Below are positions 48,727 through 57,097 of a stretch of 64,000 nucleotides of DNA, in pieces (the first letter of the stretch is position 1; every line of letters begins with the position of its first letter). The stretch covers positions 30,331 through 94,330 of the forward strand of contig CAZEBS010000008.1 in the NCBI GenBank assembly GCA_964510635.1. The letters run 5' to 3'. The notes below the pieces were generated by a model. The model was not told the origin of the DNA and made no database searches. It saw nothing but the letters and a program-made list of their open reading frames with translations. The position numbers were made by a program, and so were the translations under genes. The DNA comes from an uncultured Candidatus Bathyarchaeia archaeon (GTDB lineage: Archaea > Thermoproteota > Bathyarchaeia > Bathyarchaeales > Bathyarchaeaceae).

Positions 48727-49419
48727 CTACATGTTTTGTGGTTGTTTTCCTATCATGAATAGTGCCATTTCGATGTCTGCTATGCTGAAGGGGTAGCCTT
48801 CGTTGTGGAGGTAGTCGCGGATGACTTCTAGGGTCCAGATTAGGTGTTGATAGTTTTCGCCCCATCTTTCGTCTGAGCAGATGTCTTCTGGTTTTTTGGG
48901 TCCTGCAGGGCATTTTAGAACAGGCTTTTCGTTGAATTGTAGAGTTTTTAGGGCGTTTCCAACTCTGTTGTTGTAGATGCAGAATCTGTTTTGGTCAAAG
49001 AGTCCAATAATTTTTGAGGCTTGAGAAATGTCGACGCTGTCTATTGCTAAGAGTTCTTCAACTGCTTCAGATACTTTGTCTTGGTCAACGTAGTTGAATA
49101 CTTTGCGGGTTATTTCTAGGACTTTTTGTTCGTCGCGTAAAGGAAATTTGTCCAAGCCGCCCCATCCCATTATGAGGTCAAGGGTTACTAGGTCGATTCC
49201 GCCAGAGTTTTGGCTTCGAGAAAACTCTATTGATCTTCTTATTTCGTCACGTTCTGCCAGACAGACACTAGGTTCCTTATCTCCCCACGAATAGTGTTTT
49301 CTGGCGTCGATAAGGCGTGCTTTGTTGGCTTTTGCCCAATCCAAAATAACCTGTTTGTGTTTTTTTAGAAACTGGTTTTTGTTAAGTGGTTTTTTTGTTG
49401 TGGGTTTCTCATTTTTCAA
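48727..49419 (-). CDS. hypothetical protein (230 aa), no family recognised
   Basis: A long ORF with a Lys-rich N-terminus, in the same orientation as the HNH and DUF3795 genes and tightly spaced with them. Confidence 0.5.
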   Translation of the reverse strand: MKNEKPTTKKPLNKNQFLKKHKQVILDWAKANKARLIDARKHYSWGDKEPSVCLAERDEIRRSIEFSRSQNSGGIDLVTLDLIMGWGGLDKFPLRDEQKVLEITRKVFNYVDQDKVSEAVEELLAIDSVDISQASKIIGLFDQNRFCIYNNRVGNALKTLQFNEKPVLKCPAGPKKPEDICSDERWGENYQHLIWTLEVIRDYLHNEGYPFSIADIEMALFMIGKQPQNM

Positions 49420-49481
49420 CTAATGTAACCCTTCTGTTTTTGCATCTAAAATCAGTGTTGTTGAGGGATTTATTACTTTGT

Positions 49482-49513
49482 TTTTGTGCAGATTCCTTCA
49501 AGGCAGTAGGCGG
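49482..49513 (+). repeat. 32-bp direct repeat, copy 2
   Basis: See copy 1. Here the repeat is non-coding, or a gene 3'-end remnant reading ..AYCLEGICTKTK* on the minus strand. Confidence 0.85.
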
Positions 49514-49630
49514 AGCGGTCTCCGCCGAAAATAATCTTGGGTGAGCTTCGAGGCTGCCGTTGTCGTTGAGTTATGCTATGTATTTTGGATTAACAATTCT
49601 GAAATAGGTTTTTTGAAAATACTTTTTCTC

Positions 49631-50635
49631 ATGAACAACAAAATGGACGCCTATTTTCTTCTTATCGTAATTGGCGTCGCAATTGGAGCGATTGCCTTAA
49701 TCTACTATAATCCGTTTGCATTGACCATTGGAGAGGGAAGACGTTGGGGGTTTTATGTTGAAAGTGTTAGTTGGGACAATGACACAGGTCAAATCAAAGC
49801 ATATGTTATGAATTTTGACAAATTTGATGTTACCATAAGTCAGGTTTACGTCAATGGAACATTGGATGACAATTATGTAATTGTTCCGTCAGTTTTACAG
49901 GGAGGTCAAACAGCTGAAATCACCCTATCTGAAACATACTCAAGAATGCCAAAAGAGGTAACAATTGAACTCGTTGCCGATGATGGTTACAATCCCAGAA
50001 TTCGTAAGACGTTTATCGAATTCGAAATGTTAGGGTTATACTGGGACGAGGAATGGGGTAAAATCAAAGTTGTTGTAGACTGCTATTGCGATTATCCAGA
50101 AATCGCTTTTGGTGAAATATACGTCAACGGAACATTAGATGAAGAAGTTGTTATAACTAAACAATTCTATACTGATGACCCACGAGCTTATTATTACCCT
50201 CGATATGACATATATCTGTCTGGAACATACGAAAACAAACCCACATACACGGAGCTAAGAATCATACCCGTAAACGGACATCCCTTTGATTTTGCGGTGC
50301 CCTTCCCTCAGCAGGAAAACCATCATTACTGTGCTCCTATTATTCACTCCTTTTGGTTCGATGAGAGCATTGGTCAAATCAAAGTTCTTGCGCGGTTTTA
50401 TGATACAAATATTCAGAGAGGAGCATTTACTTATGGTGACATATACGTCAATGGGACATTGGATGATGCAGCAATCATTTATCCAAGAGAAGAGCCCTTT
50501 TATGAAATAGTCCTCTCAAGAGTATATGAAGAAGTGCCTTCGCAGATAACCATCAAACTCATTACTCATTATGGAGAATTTAATGAAATAGCTACAGATG
50601 AATTGGAGGTCCGCTCTGGAAACAATTCCCCATAA
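49631..50635 (+). CDS. N-terminally anchored protein with three internal (V/I)YVNGTLD(D/E) repeat domains, unknown family
   Basis: The track ORF starts at 49541, but the ATG at 49631 gives MNNKMDAYFLLIVIGVAIGAIALIY, matching the start of the paralogue. There are three modules of about 100 aa, each with GQIK(A/V)...(V/I)YVNGTLD(D/E)..(V/I)I. Confidence 0.65.
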   Translation: MNNKMDAYFLLIVIGVAIGAIALIYYNPFALTIGEGRRWGFYVESVSWDNDTGQIKAYVMNFDKFDVTISQVYVNGTLDDNYVIVPSVLQGGQTAEITLSETYSRMPKEVTIELVADDGYNPRIRKTFIEFEMLGLYWDEEWGKIKVVVDCYCDYPEIAFGEIYVNGTLDEEVVITKQFYTDDPRAYYYPRYDIYLSGTYENKPTYTELRIIPVNGHPFDFAVPFPQQENHHYCAPIIHSFWFDESIGQIKVLARFYDTNIQRGAFTYGDIYVNGTLDDAAIIYPREEPFYEIVLSRVYEEVPSQITIKLITHYGEFNEIATDELEVRSGNNSP

Positions 50636-50765
50636 GATTTTGCTACAAGTTTCAGTTTTTTGACTGTGTTCTTTATTGTCCAACTGTGCATTTATGCTTT
50701 AAGATGAGTAATCTTATTTTGGATTCATAAACCTTAATAATTGATGCAAATAGAATCGCTTTACC

Positions 50766-51761
50766 ATGTTCCTGAAACGAAGATTAGCCATAAATATTAT
50801 TGTAATATTGGTAGTGGTCGTAATAGTTGCGTTTTCTGCAATCTTCATGTATAGTATGTCATCACCTTTTACTATAGGAGAGGGAAGGCATTGGGGGTTG
50901 TATTTTGAAAGTGTTAATTGGGACAATAACACAGGTCAAATCAAAGCATATATTGTGAATGCAGACGAAAAGGATGCTACCATAAGTCAGGTTTACGTCA
51001 ATGGAACATTAGATGACAATTATGTAATTGTTCCCCAAGTTTTAAAGCAATATCAAACAACTGAAATCATTCTATCTGAAACATACTCAATCATGCCTAA
51101 AGAGGTAACAATTGAACTCAATACCAATGATGGCTACCCCACTGGAATTTGTAAGAAATTTATCGACTTCGAAATGTTAGGGTTTTACTGGGACGAGGAA
51201 TGGGGTAAAATCAAAGTTGTTGTAAGCTGCAAATGCGATTATCCAGAAATCGCTTTTGGTGAAATATACGTCAACGGAACATTGGATGATGAAGTTGTTA
51301 TAACTAAACAATTTTATACTGATGAACCACGATATGACATGTATCTTTCTGGAACATACGAAGACAAGCCCACAAACATGGAAATAAATATTGTATCCGT
51401 AAACGGATATTCCTTTGAATTGAGTGCACCTTTCTATATTGGCAACTTTATTCGCAGTTTTTGGTTGGACGAAAACATTGGTCAACTCAAAGTTCTTGTG
51501 TATTTACATGGGGCGAATGTTGTCGAAGGAGAATTTACTTTTGGCGAGATATACGTCAACGGAACTTTGGCTGATGCAGCAACCATTTATGCATACGAAT
51601 CTGATTATTACGGGTATAGCGACATGTACGTAATAACCTTATCAAAAGTTTATGTAAATGTGCCCTCACAGGTAACCATCAAAGTCATTACACACTTTGG
51701 AGCATTTGATGAAGTAGGTACTGAAGAGTTGTGGGTACGCTCTGGAAACAATTCCCCATAA
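50766..51761 (+). CDS. paralogue of 49631..50635 (a tandem duplicate)
   Basis: It has the same three-module architecture and long identical nucleotide runs. The last codons plus the 3' flank are identical in the two copies (50612-50679 and 51738-51805, 68 nt). Confidence 0.65.
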   Translation: MFLKRRLAINIIVILVVVVIVAFSAIFMYSMSSPFTIGEGRHWGLYFESVNWDNNTGQIKAYIVNADEKDATISQVYVNGTLDDNYVIVPQVLKQYQTTEIILSETYSIMPKEVTIELNTNDGYPTGICKKFIDFEMLGFYWDEEWGKIKVVVSCKCDYPEIAFGEIYVNGTLDDEVVITKQFYTDEPRYDMYLSGTYEDKPTNMEINIVSVNGYSFELSAPFYIGNFIRSFWLDENIGQLKVLVYLHGANVVEGEFTFGEIYVNGTLADAATIYAYESDYYGYSDMYVITLSKVYVNVPSQVTIKVITHFGAFDEVGTEELWVRSGNNSP

Positions 51762-51884
51762 GATTTTGCTACAAGTTTCAGTTTTTTGACTGTGTTCTTT
51801 ATTGTGAGTTCTGCTAGTTGGTCTCGTTTCATTCCTATGAGTGTATTGTAGATTTGTTGTTGAAAAGTGGGTGGGTTCAGTTGG

Positions 51885-51972
51885 TGGCGCGGGGTGCGGG
51901 ATTTGAACCCGCGTGGCCACATGGACCACAGACTTAGCAGGCCTGCTCCCTACCAGGCTAGGAGAACCCCGC
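51885..51972 (-). tRNA. tRNA-Ser (anticodon GCT), class II with long variable arm, CCA encoded
   Basis: The reverse complement is gcggggttctcctagcctggtagggagcaggcctGCTaagtctgtggtccatgtggccacgcgggttcaaatcccgcaccccgcgcca. The acceptor pairs gcggggt with accccgc, and the anticodon stem pairs caggc with gtctg. Confidence 0.88.
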
Positions 51973-52070
51973 ACAAGATAGTTTGTTGTAGTGCGTATCC
52001 TAAAAAAAGTATCGTCGAAACCAAAACCAAGTTTTTATAAAACAGTTGTATTCCATACTGTTGGAAGACA

Positions 52071-52147
52071 GGGCCGGTTGTCTAGTTGGTTAGGATGCAG
52101 CCCTTACGCGGCTGAGGTCGCCGGTTCAAATCCGGTCCGGCCCACCA
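52071..52147 (+). tRNA. tRNA-Val (anticodon TAC), CCA encoded
   Basis: The sequence is gggccggttgtctagttggttaggatgcagcccTTACgcggctgaggtcgccggttcaaatccggtccggcccacca. The anticodon stem pairs cagcc with ggctg around the loop cTTACgc. Confidence 0.88.
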
Positions 52148-52482
52148 CCCCCTTCTATAACAGAATATTGTTCGGCGCGCGCCCACAGGTTTTTTGAAGC
52201 AACCAAATAACTCGAATAAATTCTAAGTGATACACCACCTATCGCTAATTCCTCAGATAAATTTTGGTTCAAAACGCGTTAATTATTAATATATCTGAAG
52301 ATTATAATACCTTTTTTTATGACTGTAAGAGTAAGTCAAAATCATCACTTCAATCTGAAACAGATGATTCAATGGGGGAGAAATCATTTTCCCATTAATG
52401 AAGAATACCAACGATCGAAAATCTGGAGCACTGAAAGAAAGCAGAAAAAGCTTTTCAGGAGTCAGAGGAAAAATACCAGAAT

Positions 52483-53916
52483 GTGCTTGAGCACGCTCCC
52501 GACCTTATATTAACAGTAAACGAGAAAGGAATAATCACATCATGCAATGGTGTTCTTGAAAAAAACACAGACTTCTCTAAAAAGAAAGTTGTGGGCAAAC
52601 ATTTCCTAGACACACCATTATTAAAAGAAGTTGACCCTGAAGCCACACAACGCGTATTCAAATCCATACTTGAAGGAAAACATCCTGAACGAATCGAGAT
52701 TAAGTGGCTCTTAAAAGACGGAACTCCTCACATCTCCGAACTTCGCATAGGCCTAAATAAAAAGGATGGAAAAATAGCAGGATTCACAGTAGTTGCCAGA
52801 GACATTACTGAACGTAAGAGAGCTGAAGAAAAGCTACGGGAGAGCGAACAAAAATTCCGTACAATAAGTGATTCTGTCCAAGACTCTATGATTCTGATTG
52901 GTGAAAACGGAGAAATCATTTATTGGAACCCTGCTGCCGAAAAAACATTCGGTTACACAAAAAAAGAAGCGATTGGCAAAGAAATACATAGTTTTATTGC
53001 TCCAGAACGTTTTTATGAAGATTACCACCGGGGCTTCATGAAATTCAAAGGAACTGGACAGGGCTCTGCTGTCGGAAAAACTTTGGAACTCTTTGCTAAA
53101 AGAAAAGATGGAACAGAAATTCCAATAGAACTTTCTCTTTCAGCATTAAAAGTCAAAGGCAAATGGTGTGCAACAGGCATAGTAAGAGATATCACTGAAC
53201 GCAAAGAAGCTGAGGAAAAACTGGATAGAATGATGAATGAACTAGTAGCAATTAATGAGAAATTGGGTGTTATCGGCAAATTGACCCGGCATGATGTCCG
53301 AAACAAGCTCGCTGTAATCGCAAACAACACTTACCTTGCTAAAATGAAAATGGCAACCCACCCTAATGCCCTAGAATATTTAGACGACATCGAATCGGCA
53401 GTTTATCAGATGGAGAAAATCTTTGATTTCGCAAGAAACTACGAACTGCTGGGCGTAGAAGAACTATCCTACATGCCTGTTGAGAAGAATGTTGACGAAG
53501 CAGCTTCAATGTTTTCAGAATTCGCTACTGTAAACCTTGTGAATGAGTGCAAGGGCTTGAAAGTAATGGCTGATTCGTTGCTGAGGCAAATTTTCTATAA
53601 CTTGATTGATGACACGTTGAAGTATGGAGAAAAAGTTAGCCAAATCAGAGCGTACTATGAAGAGGAAGAGGATTACCTGAAGCTGATTTATGAGGATGAC
53701 GGCGTCGGCATAAAAGAGGACGAAAAAGAAAGGGTTTTCAAGGAAGGCTATGGGAAAGGCACAGGCTATGGGCTCTATCTGATACGAAAGATTTGTGAAA
53801 ACTATGGCTGGACCATCAAAGAAACAGGTGTACCCAGCAAAGGAGCCCAATTCACCATGATAATCCCCCACCTAAGCAAAAAAGGAAAACCTAACTACAA
53901 ACTCAACACAAAATAA
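52483..53916 (+). CDS. PAS-PAS sensor histidine kinase (cytoplasmic)
   Basis: It has two PAS modules, each followed by RDITERK. The H-box is LTRHDVRNKLAVI, and the HATPase_c region includes DDGVGI and GTGYGLYLIRKI. The start is GTG, with an in-frame stop at 52432-52434. Confidence 0.8.
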   Translation: MLEHAPDLILTVNEKGIITSCNGVLEKNTDFSKKKVVGKHFLDTPLLKEVDPEATQRVFKSILEGKHPERIEIKWLLKDGTPHISELRIGLNKKDGKIAGFTVVARDITERKRAEEKLRESEQKFRTISDSVQDSMILIGENGEIIYWNPAAEKTFGYTKKEAIGKEIHSFIAPERFYEDYHRGFMKFKGTGQGSAVGKTLELFAKRKDGTEIPIELSLSALKVKGKWCATGIVRDITERKEAEEKLDRMMNELVAINEKLGVIGKLTRHDVRNKLAVIANNTYLAKMKMATHPNALEYLDDIESAVYQMEKIFDFARNYELLGVEELSYMPVEKNVDEAASMFSEFATVNLVNECKGLKVMADSLLRQIFYNLIDDTLKYGEKVSQIRAYYEEEEDYLKLIYEDDGVGIKEDEKERVFKEGYGKGTGYGLYLIRKICENYGWTIKETGVPSKGAQFTMIIPHLSKKGKPNYKLNTK

Positions 53917-54094
53917 CCGTGCATATCAGAATCCTAACAACATCAAATCCATGAAAACAGCCCAAAAAACGGTTTATGGCCCAAATTTTCTAAGCCCGTC
54001 ACAGCGTTTTTGGTTAACATTTATATGCAGCTTATTAGCCTCTCACAGTTATCAGTAGTTTGTATGCAAACTTACGATTGGAGACAACCAACAG

Positions 54095-54655
54095 ATGAAC
54101 CCCAGCGACAAAAGCTCCATCATGCGTTTTGTCAAGAAAATCGCTAAAACAAAACTTAGTAGTGTTGCACTTCAGAAAATGGAGCACGTCGCAACCAAGG
54201 TGGGCGTAGAAGAAAACGAGCTGCTGGCGCTTTACGTTGAAACCAAAAACCGTTCTATGACGGACAGTTTTGCATCCACAGACTACAGCGAAAGAGTTCT
54301 GTTGCTGCCTCAATGCCTACGTGCCAAAGACTGCCCTGCAGAGTTAAGCAAATACGGTTACGAATGCCAGCAATGTGGAAGATGCAGCATAGCAAAAATC
54401 GTTCAAATGACCAAAGATTTGGGATACAAGGGCACATTCATTCTGCCTGGAGGAAGTTTAGCAAAAAAGATACTCCATGAAGTGAAACCCAAAGCGTCTC
54501 TGGGTGTTGCGTGCTCCAAGGAACTTGTTCTCGGAAGTTTCCTCTGCGAAAAAATGGGTGTGATAGGTCAAGGTTTTGGGTTGCTTAAAGACGGCTGCAT
54601 AAACACTATCGTGGACCTGAAGGGCCTACACGATGTCCTAAAGGTTCGCATATAA
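54095..54655 (+). CDS. DUF116-family protein
   Basis: The segment LLLPQCLR...CPA.....GYECQQCGRCSI followed by PGGSLAKK matches the DUF116 pattern. Confidence 0.55.
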   Translation: MNPSDKSSIMRFVKKIAKTKLSSVALQKMEHVATKVGVEENELLALYVETKNRSMTDSFASTDYSERVLLLPQCLRAKDCPAELSKYGYECQQCGRCSIAKIVQMTKDLGYKGTFILPGGSLAKKILHEVKPKASLGVACSKELVLGSFLCEKMGVIGQGFGLLKDGCINTIVDLKGLHDVLKVRI

Positions 54656-54659
54656 AGCT

Positions 54660-55439
54660 TCAACCAAGAGACGAGCTGCCGACTGTTTCAAGAATTTTTT
54701 TCGGCGAAAAAGGAACAAGAACAGAGGGTTTAATGTAGCGCCCAAGCCTCGGAATCAACCCAACAGCGTCAGTTCCAAGCTTACAGAGAATAACCTGTTC
54801 TAGAACCCCCAAAGACTCAACTCTGATGATGTCACGAGAATGCCTCGACAACTTAACAGCCTCTTCGACATCAGAAAAACGGGAACCCAAAACAATCAAA
54901 CGATCAAACCTGCAGCGAACCCATCTGCTGAACAGAGAAACCTGCGCCTCAGAGAGAACTGCATCAACATATGTGTTCGCCTCTTTAGTGTCTTCAGCAA
55001 TCTTGACTTCAAGGGGCATATTGTCATACAAACAGAAGAGTTCAGCCAGCTCCAGAAGGGGAACGTGTTTGCCGTCAGCCAACTGGGCACACAACTGCTT
55101 CTCCGAAACAACAGCATCCGTAACTTGTGGAGAAAACACTCCAAAATCAACATAAAGCTCCTTTTTGCTTTTGCTGGAAAAAACTACTTTACCCTGCACC
55201 GTAGAGAACTTTTTCAGCTTGTCCAACGAAACGGGCGCTAACCCGATTTCTTGGTCAAGCAAACTTAAAGCTGCGGTTTCATCCTCGCCCGAGACCTCTA
55301 GTTGCATCCATCCGCGGTCTGTTGCGCCAACTAAACGCAACTGGACTTCAAGTCCGCTGACCAAATCTGAATATTGTTTCTCGAAGATTTCAGGGGCGCC
55401 TGAACCGTAAAGCTTCTCAAGGATTGTGACTGTCGGCAT
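54660..55439 (-). CDS. conserved archaeal hypothetical protein (possibly DUF2110-like)
   Basis: A 259-aa ORF in an operon-like array with the HD, TFE, Trm56 and HflX genes. The family assignment is from memory only. Confidence 0.4.
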   Translation of the reverse strand: MPTVTILEKLYGSGAPEIFEKQYSDLVSGLEVQLRLVGATDRGWMQLEVSGEDETAALSLLDQEIGLAPVSLDKLKKFSTVQGKVVFSSKSKKELYVDFGVFSPQVTDAVVSEKQLCAQLADGKHVPLLELAELFCLYDNMPLEVKIAEDTKEANTYVDAVLSEAQVSLFSRWVRCRFDRLIVLGSRFSDVEEAVKLSRHSRDIIRVESLGVLEQVILCKLGTDAVGLIPRLGRYIKPSVLVPFSPKKILETVGSSSLG

Positions 55440-55971
55440 CTGAATCGCCTATTAAAGGAACAAGCTCTTCGTGGAGCCTTATAATTCGATCTATGGCAGG
55501 ATGGTTCTCGCCTAGTTCTCTGGAAAACTTGTCTAATGTCTTTACTATGGGCACCACCCTGCATCCCTCAATCAGCTTGTCAGCGTAGGTCACAAGCTTT
55601 TCTTCCAGAGTTGTTGGAAGATAATCCTTCACTGGCCAACCAAGCTCTTTTGCTTCTTCAGCGGTTATGCCCCCGCCAATATGACGCCCAATAATAGACA
55701 CGACAGATTCAGGCAAATCCAGGGACTGGGCAATTTCCACGCCAGCAATCGAGTGATTTATGCCATGAGTTTTCGAGCGCCCAATATCATGAAGAAGAGC
55801 GCCAACCTCAACCAGCTCAACATCAACATTCGATCCTCTCTTTTTGCAGGATTCAGCAAACTTCACAGCAAGAGCAGAAACCGCCTTACAATGGGCAATG
55901 ACCTTTTCTGAGCATCCACATTCAGAAAGAAGGGTTAAAGCCTTCTGGGCTGAGGGCAGTTTCTCATTCAC
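55417..55971 (-). CDS. HD/HDIG-domain phosphohydrolase
   Basis: It has H...LLHDIGR...H motifs and overlaps both neighbouring genes. Confidence 0.75.
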   Translation of the reverse strand: MNEKLPSAQKALTLLSECGCSEKVIAHCKAVSALAVKFAESCKKRGSNVDVELVEVGALLHDIGRSKTHGINHSIAGVEIAQSLDLPESVVSIIGRHIGGGITAEEAKELGWPVKDYLPTTLEEKLVTYADKLIEGCRVVPIVKTLDKFSRELGENHPAIDRIIRLHEELVPLIGDSDADSHNP

Positions 55972-56494
55972 CTAATTCCTTCCTCAGCGCCTCAACTCGT
56001 TCCTGTAAGGACGTTTTCAGTTTCTCATTATCAAAATGCATCAATAGTTTGTTGCATCTGGGGCAACGAAAAACAAGTTCCATAGCTTCTTCAAAGGGAA
56101 TACGCTTGCAGCCCTCTGTGCCGCAGTAGTAAAAGTCATGGTTTTGCTCATATGTGAGGCGTGTTTCCAGCTTTTCTAGAACACGCCGCTTCTGGTTCAA
56201 GATGAAGCCTGCAAGCTGGTCAAGCTGGAGTCTCCAGTGGAAGATAAACCATCCAGTGGTTTTGTCTCGTGACCGTCTTAGGCCGACTAATGAATGGTCG
56301 TAGAGTTTGTAGAGGATTTTGCGGACGGTGTTGAGTCGTATCTCTGTTTGCTGTGCAATCTCATCGTCTGTGGTTTCGCCTACTCCTCTGAGGACATTGA
56401 CGATTTGAACTGCCTCTTCGCCGCCGAAAGCTTCAGCAACCTTTTGTAAAGTTTTATCATCCACGAAAGTCAACATCGAAATCCTATACTCCAA
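55964..56494 (-). CDS. tfe: transcription factor E, alpha subunit (TFE/TFIIE-alpha homologue)
   Basis: It has a winged helix (TDDEIAQQTEIRLNTVRKILYKLYDHSLV...GWFIFHWRL) followed by a zinc ribbon (CGTEGC...CPRCN). Confidence 0.85.
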   Translation of the reverse strand: MEYRISMLTFVDDKTLQKVAEAFGGEEAVQIVNVLRGVGETTDDEIAQQTEIRLNTVRKILYKLYDHSLVGLRRSRDKTTGWFIFHWRLQLDQLAGFILNQKRRVLEKLETRLTYEQNHDFYYCGTEGCKRIPFEEAMELVFRCPRCNKLLMHFDNEKLKTSLQERVEALRKELGE

Positions 56495-56551
56495 TCTTCC
56501 ATATATTAAGGGGCAACAAGGCTTAAATCTGTTACCAACTCCGCTTGTGAA

Positions 56552-57097
56552 TTAGGCTTCAACGACTTTTTTGCCTCTGACCTGAGGTACTATCTTCATT
56601 TTCGCGTTGCCAGCAAAATCCTTTGAAAGCTCCTGTCCCTCAAAATAGCGGTCAAGAAAAACTGCCAAGCTGGAGCATTCTGAGTGGGGCTGGTTTCCCA
56701 CGGCAACATTGAAGTCTGAAACGGATTCGTTGTAGAAATCAGGGGGCACTTTTTGGCTGCCCACAATAACCATCACATCCTTCTTTGTTTCTCTTATTCT
56801 TTTCATGACGTCGCTTGTTTGGATGTTTTCTCCATACGCGGTGAGGTGGACGGTAACCCCATTGTTTGCTTTCCATTCCTTGACTACACGCTTCCAGGGT
56901 TTTCCCATCTCGAAACTGAAGTTGCCTCCCCACCGTTCCATAACCCTTTCGAGGGTTTCTTTGACTTTAGTGTCCTTTATGTCTGCCATTATGAAGCCGG
57001 AAGCGCCTAAGGCACGGGCAGTCAATGCCACATGTGAGGTTAACCGTTGGTCTCTGTGCCTGTGTCCCCATCTCAGAATAACAACTTTAGGCTTCAC
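56552..57097 (-). CDS. trm56: tRNA (cytidine56-2'-O)-methyltransferase aTrm56
   Basis: The segment VVILRWGHRHRDQRLTSHVALTARALGASG is typical of aTrm56 (SPOUT family). The track ORF was trimmed to the GTG at 57097, because the 25-aa extension overlaps the end of HflX. Confidence 0.75.
   Translation of the reverse strand: MKPKVVILRWGHRHRDQRLTSHVALTARALGASGFIMADIKDTKVKETLERVMERWGGNFSFEMGKPWKRVVKEWKANNGVTVHLTAYGENIQTSDVMKRIRETKKDVMVIVGSQKVPPDFYNESVSDFNVAVGNQPHSECSSLAVFLDRYFEGQELSKDFAGNAKMKIVPQVRGKKVVEA

Noticed and set aside
48716-48913. A 66-aa Arg/Pro-rich N-terminal extension of the DUF3795-like ORF
   Set aside because: It overlaps the 3' end of the 48727..49419 gene and is compositionally odd. 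The DUF3795 cysteine pattern begins right after the internal ATG at 48715.
52319-52513. A possible frameshifted N-terminal extension of the histidine kinase, through the A-run at about 52444-52449
   Set aside because: The 64-aa upstream ORF has no recognisable sensor or TM features. The kinase frame has its own GTG start right at a typical PAS boundary (..YQNVLEHAPD). The evidence is insufficient to call a pseudogene.
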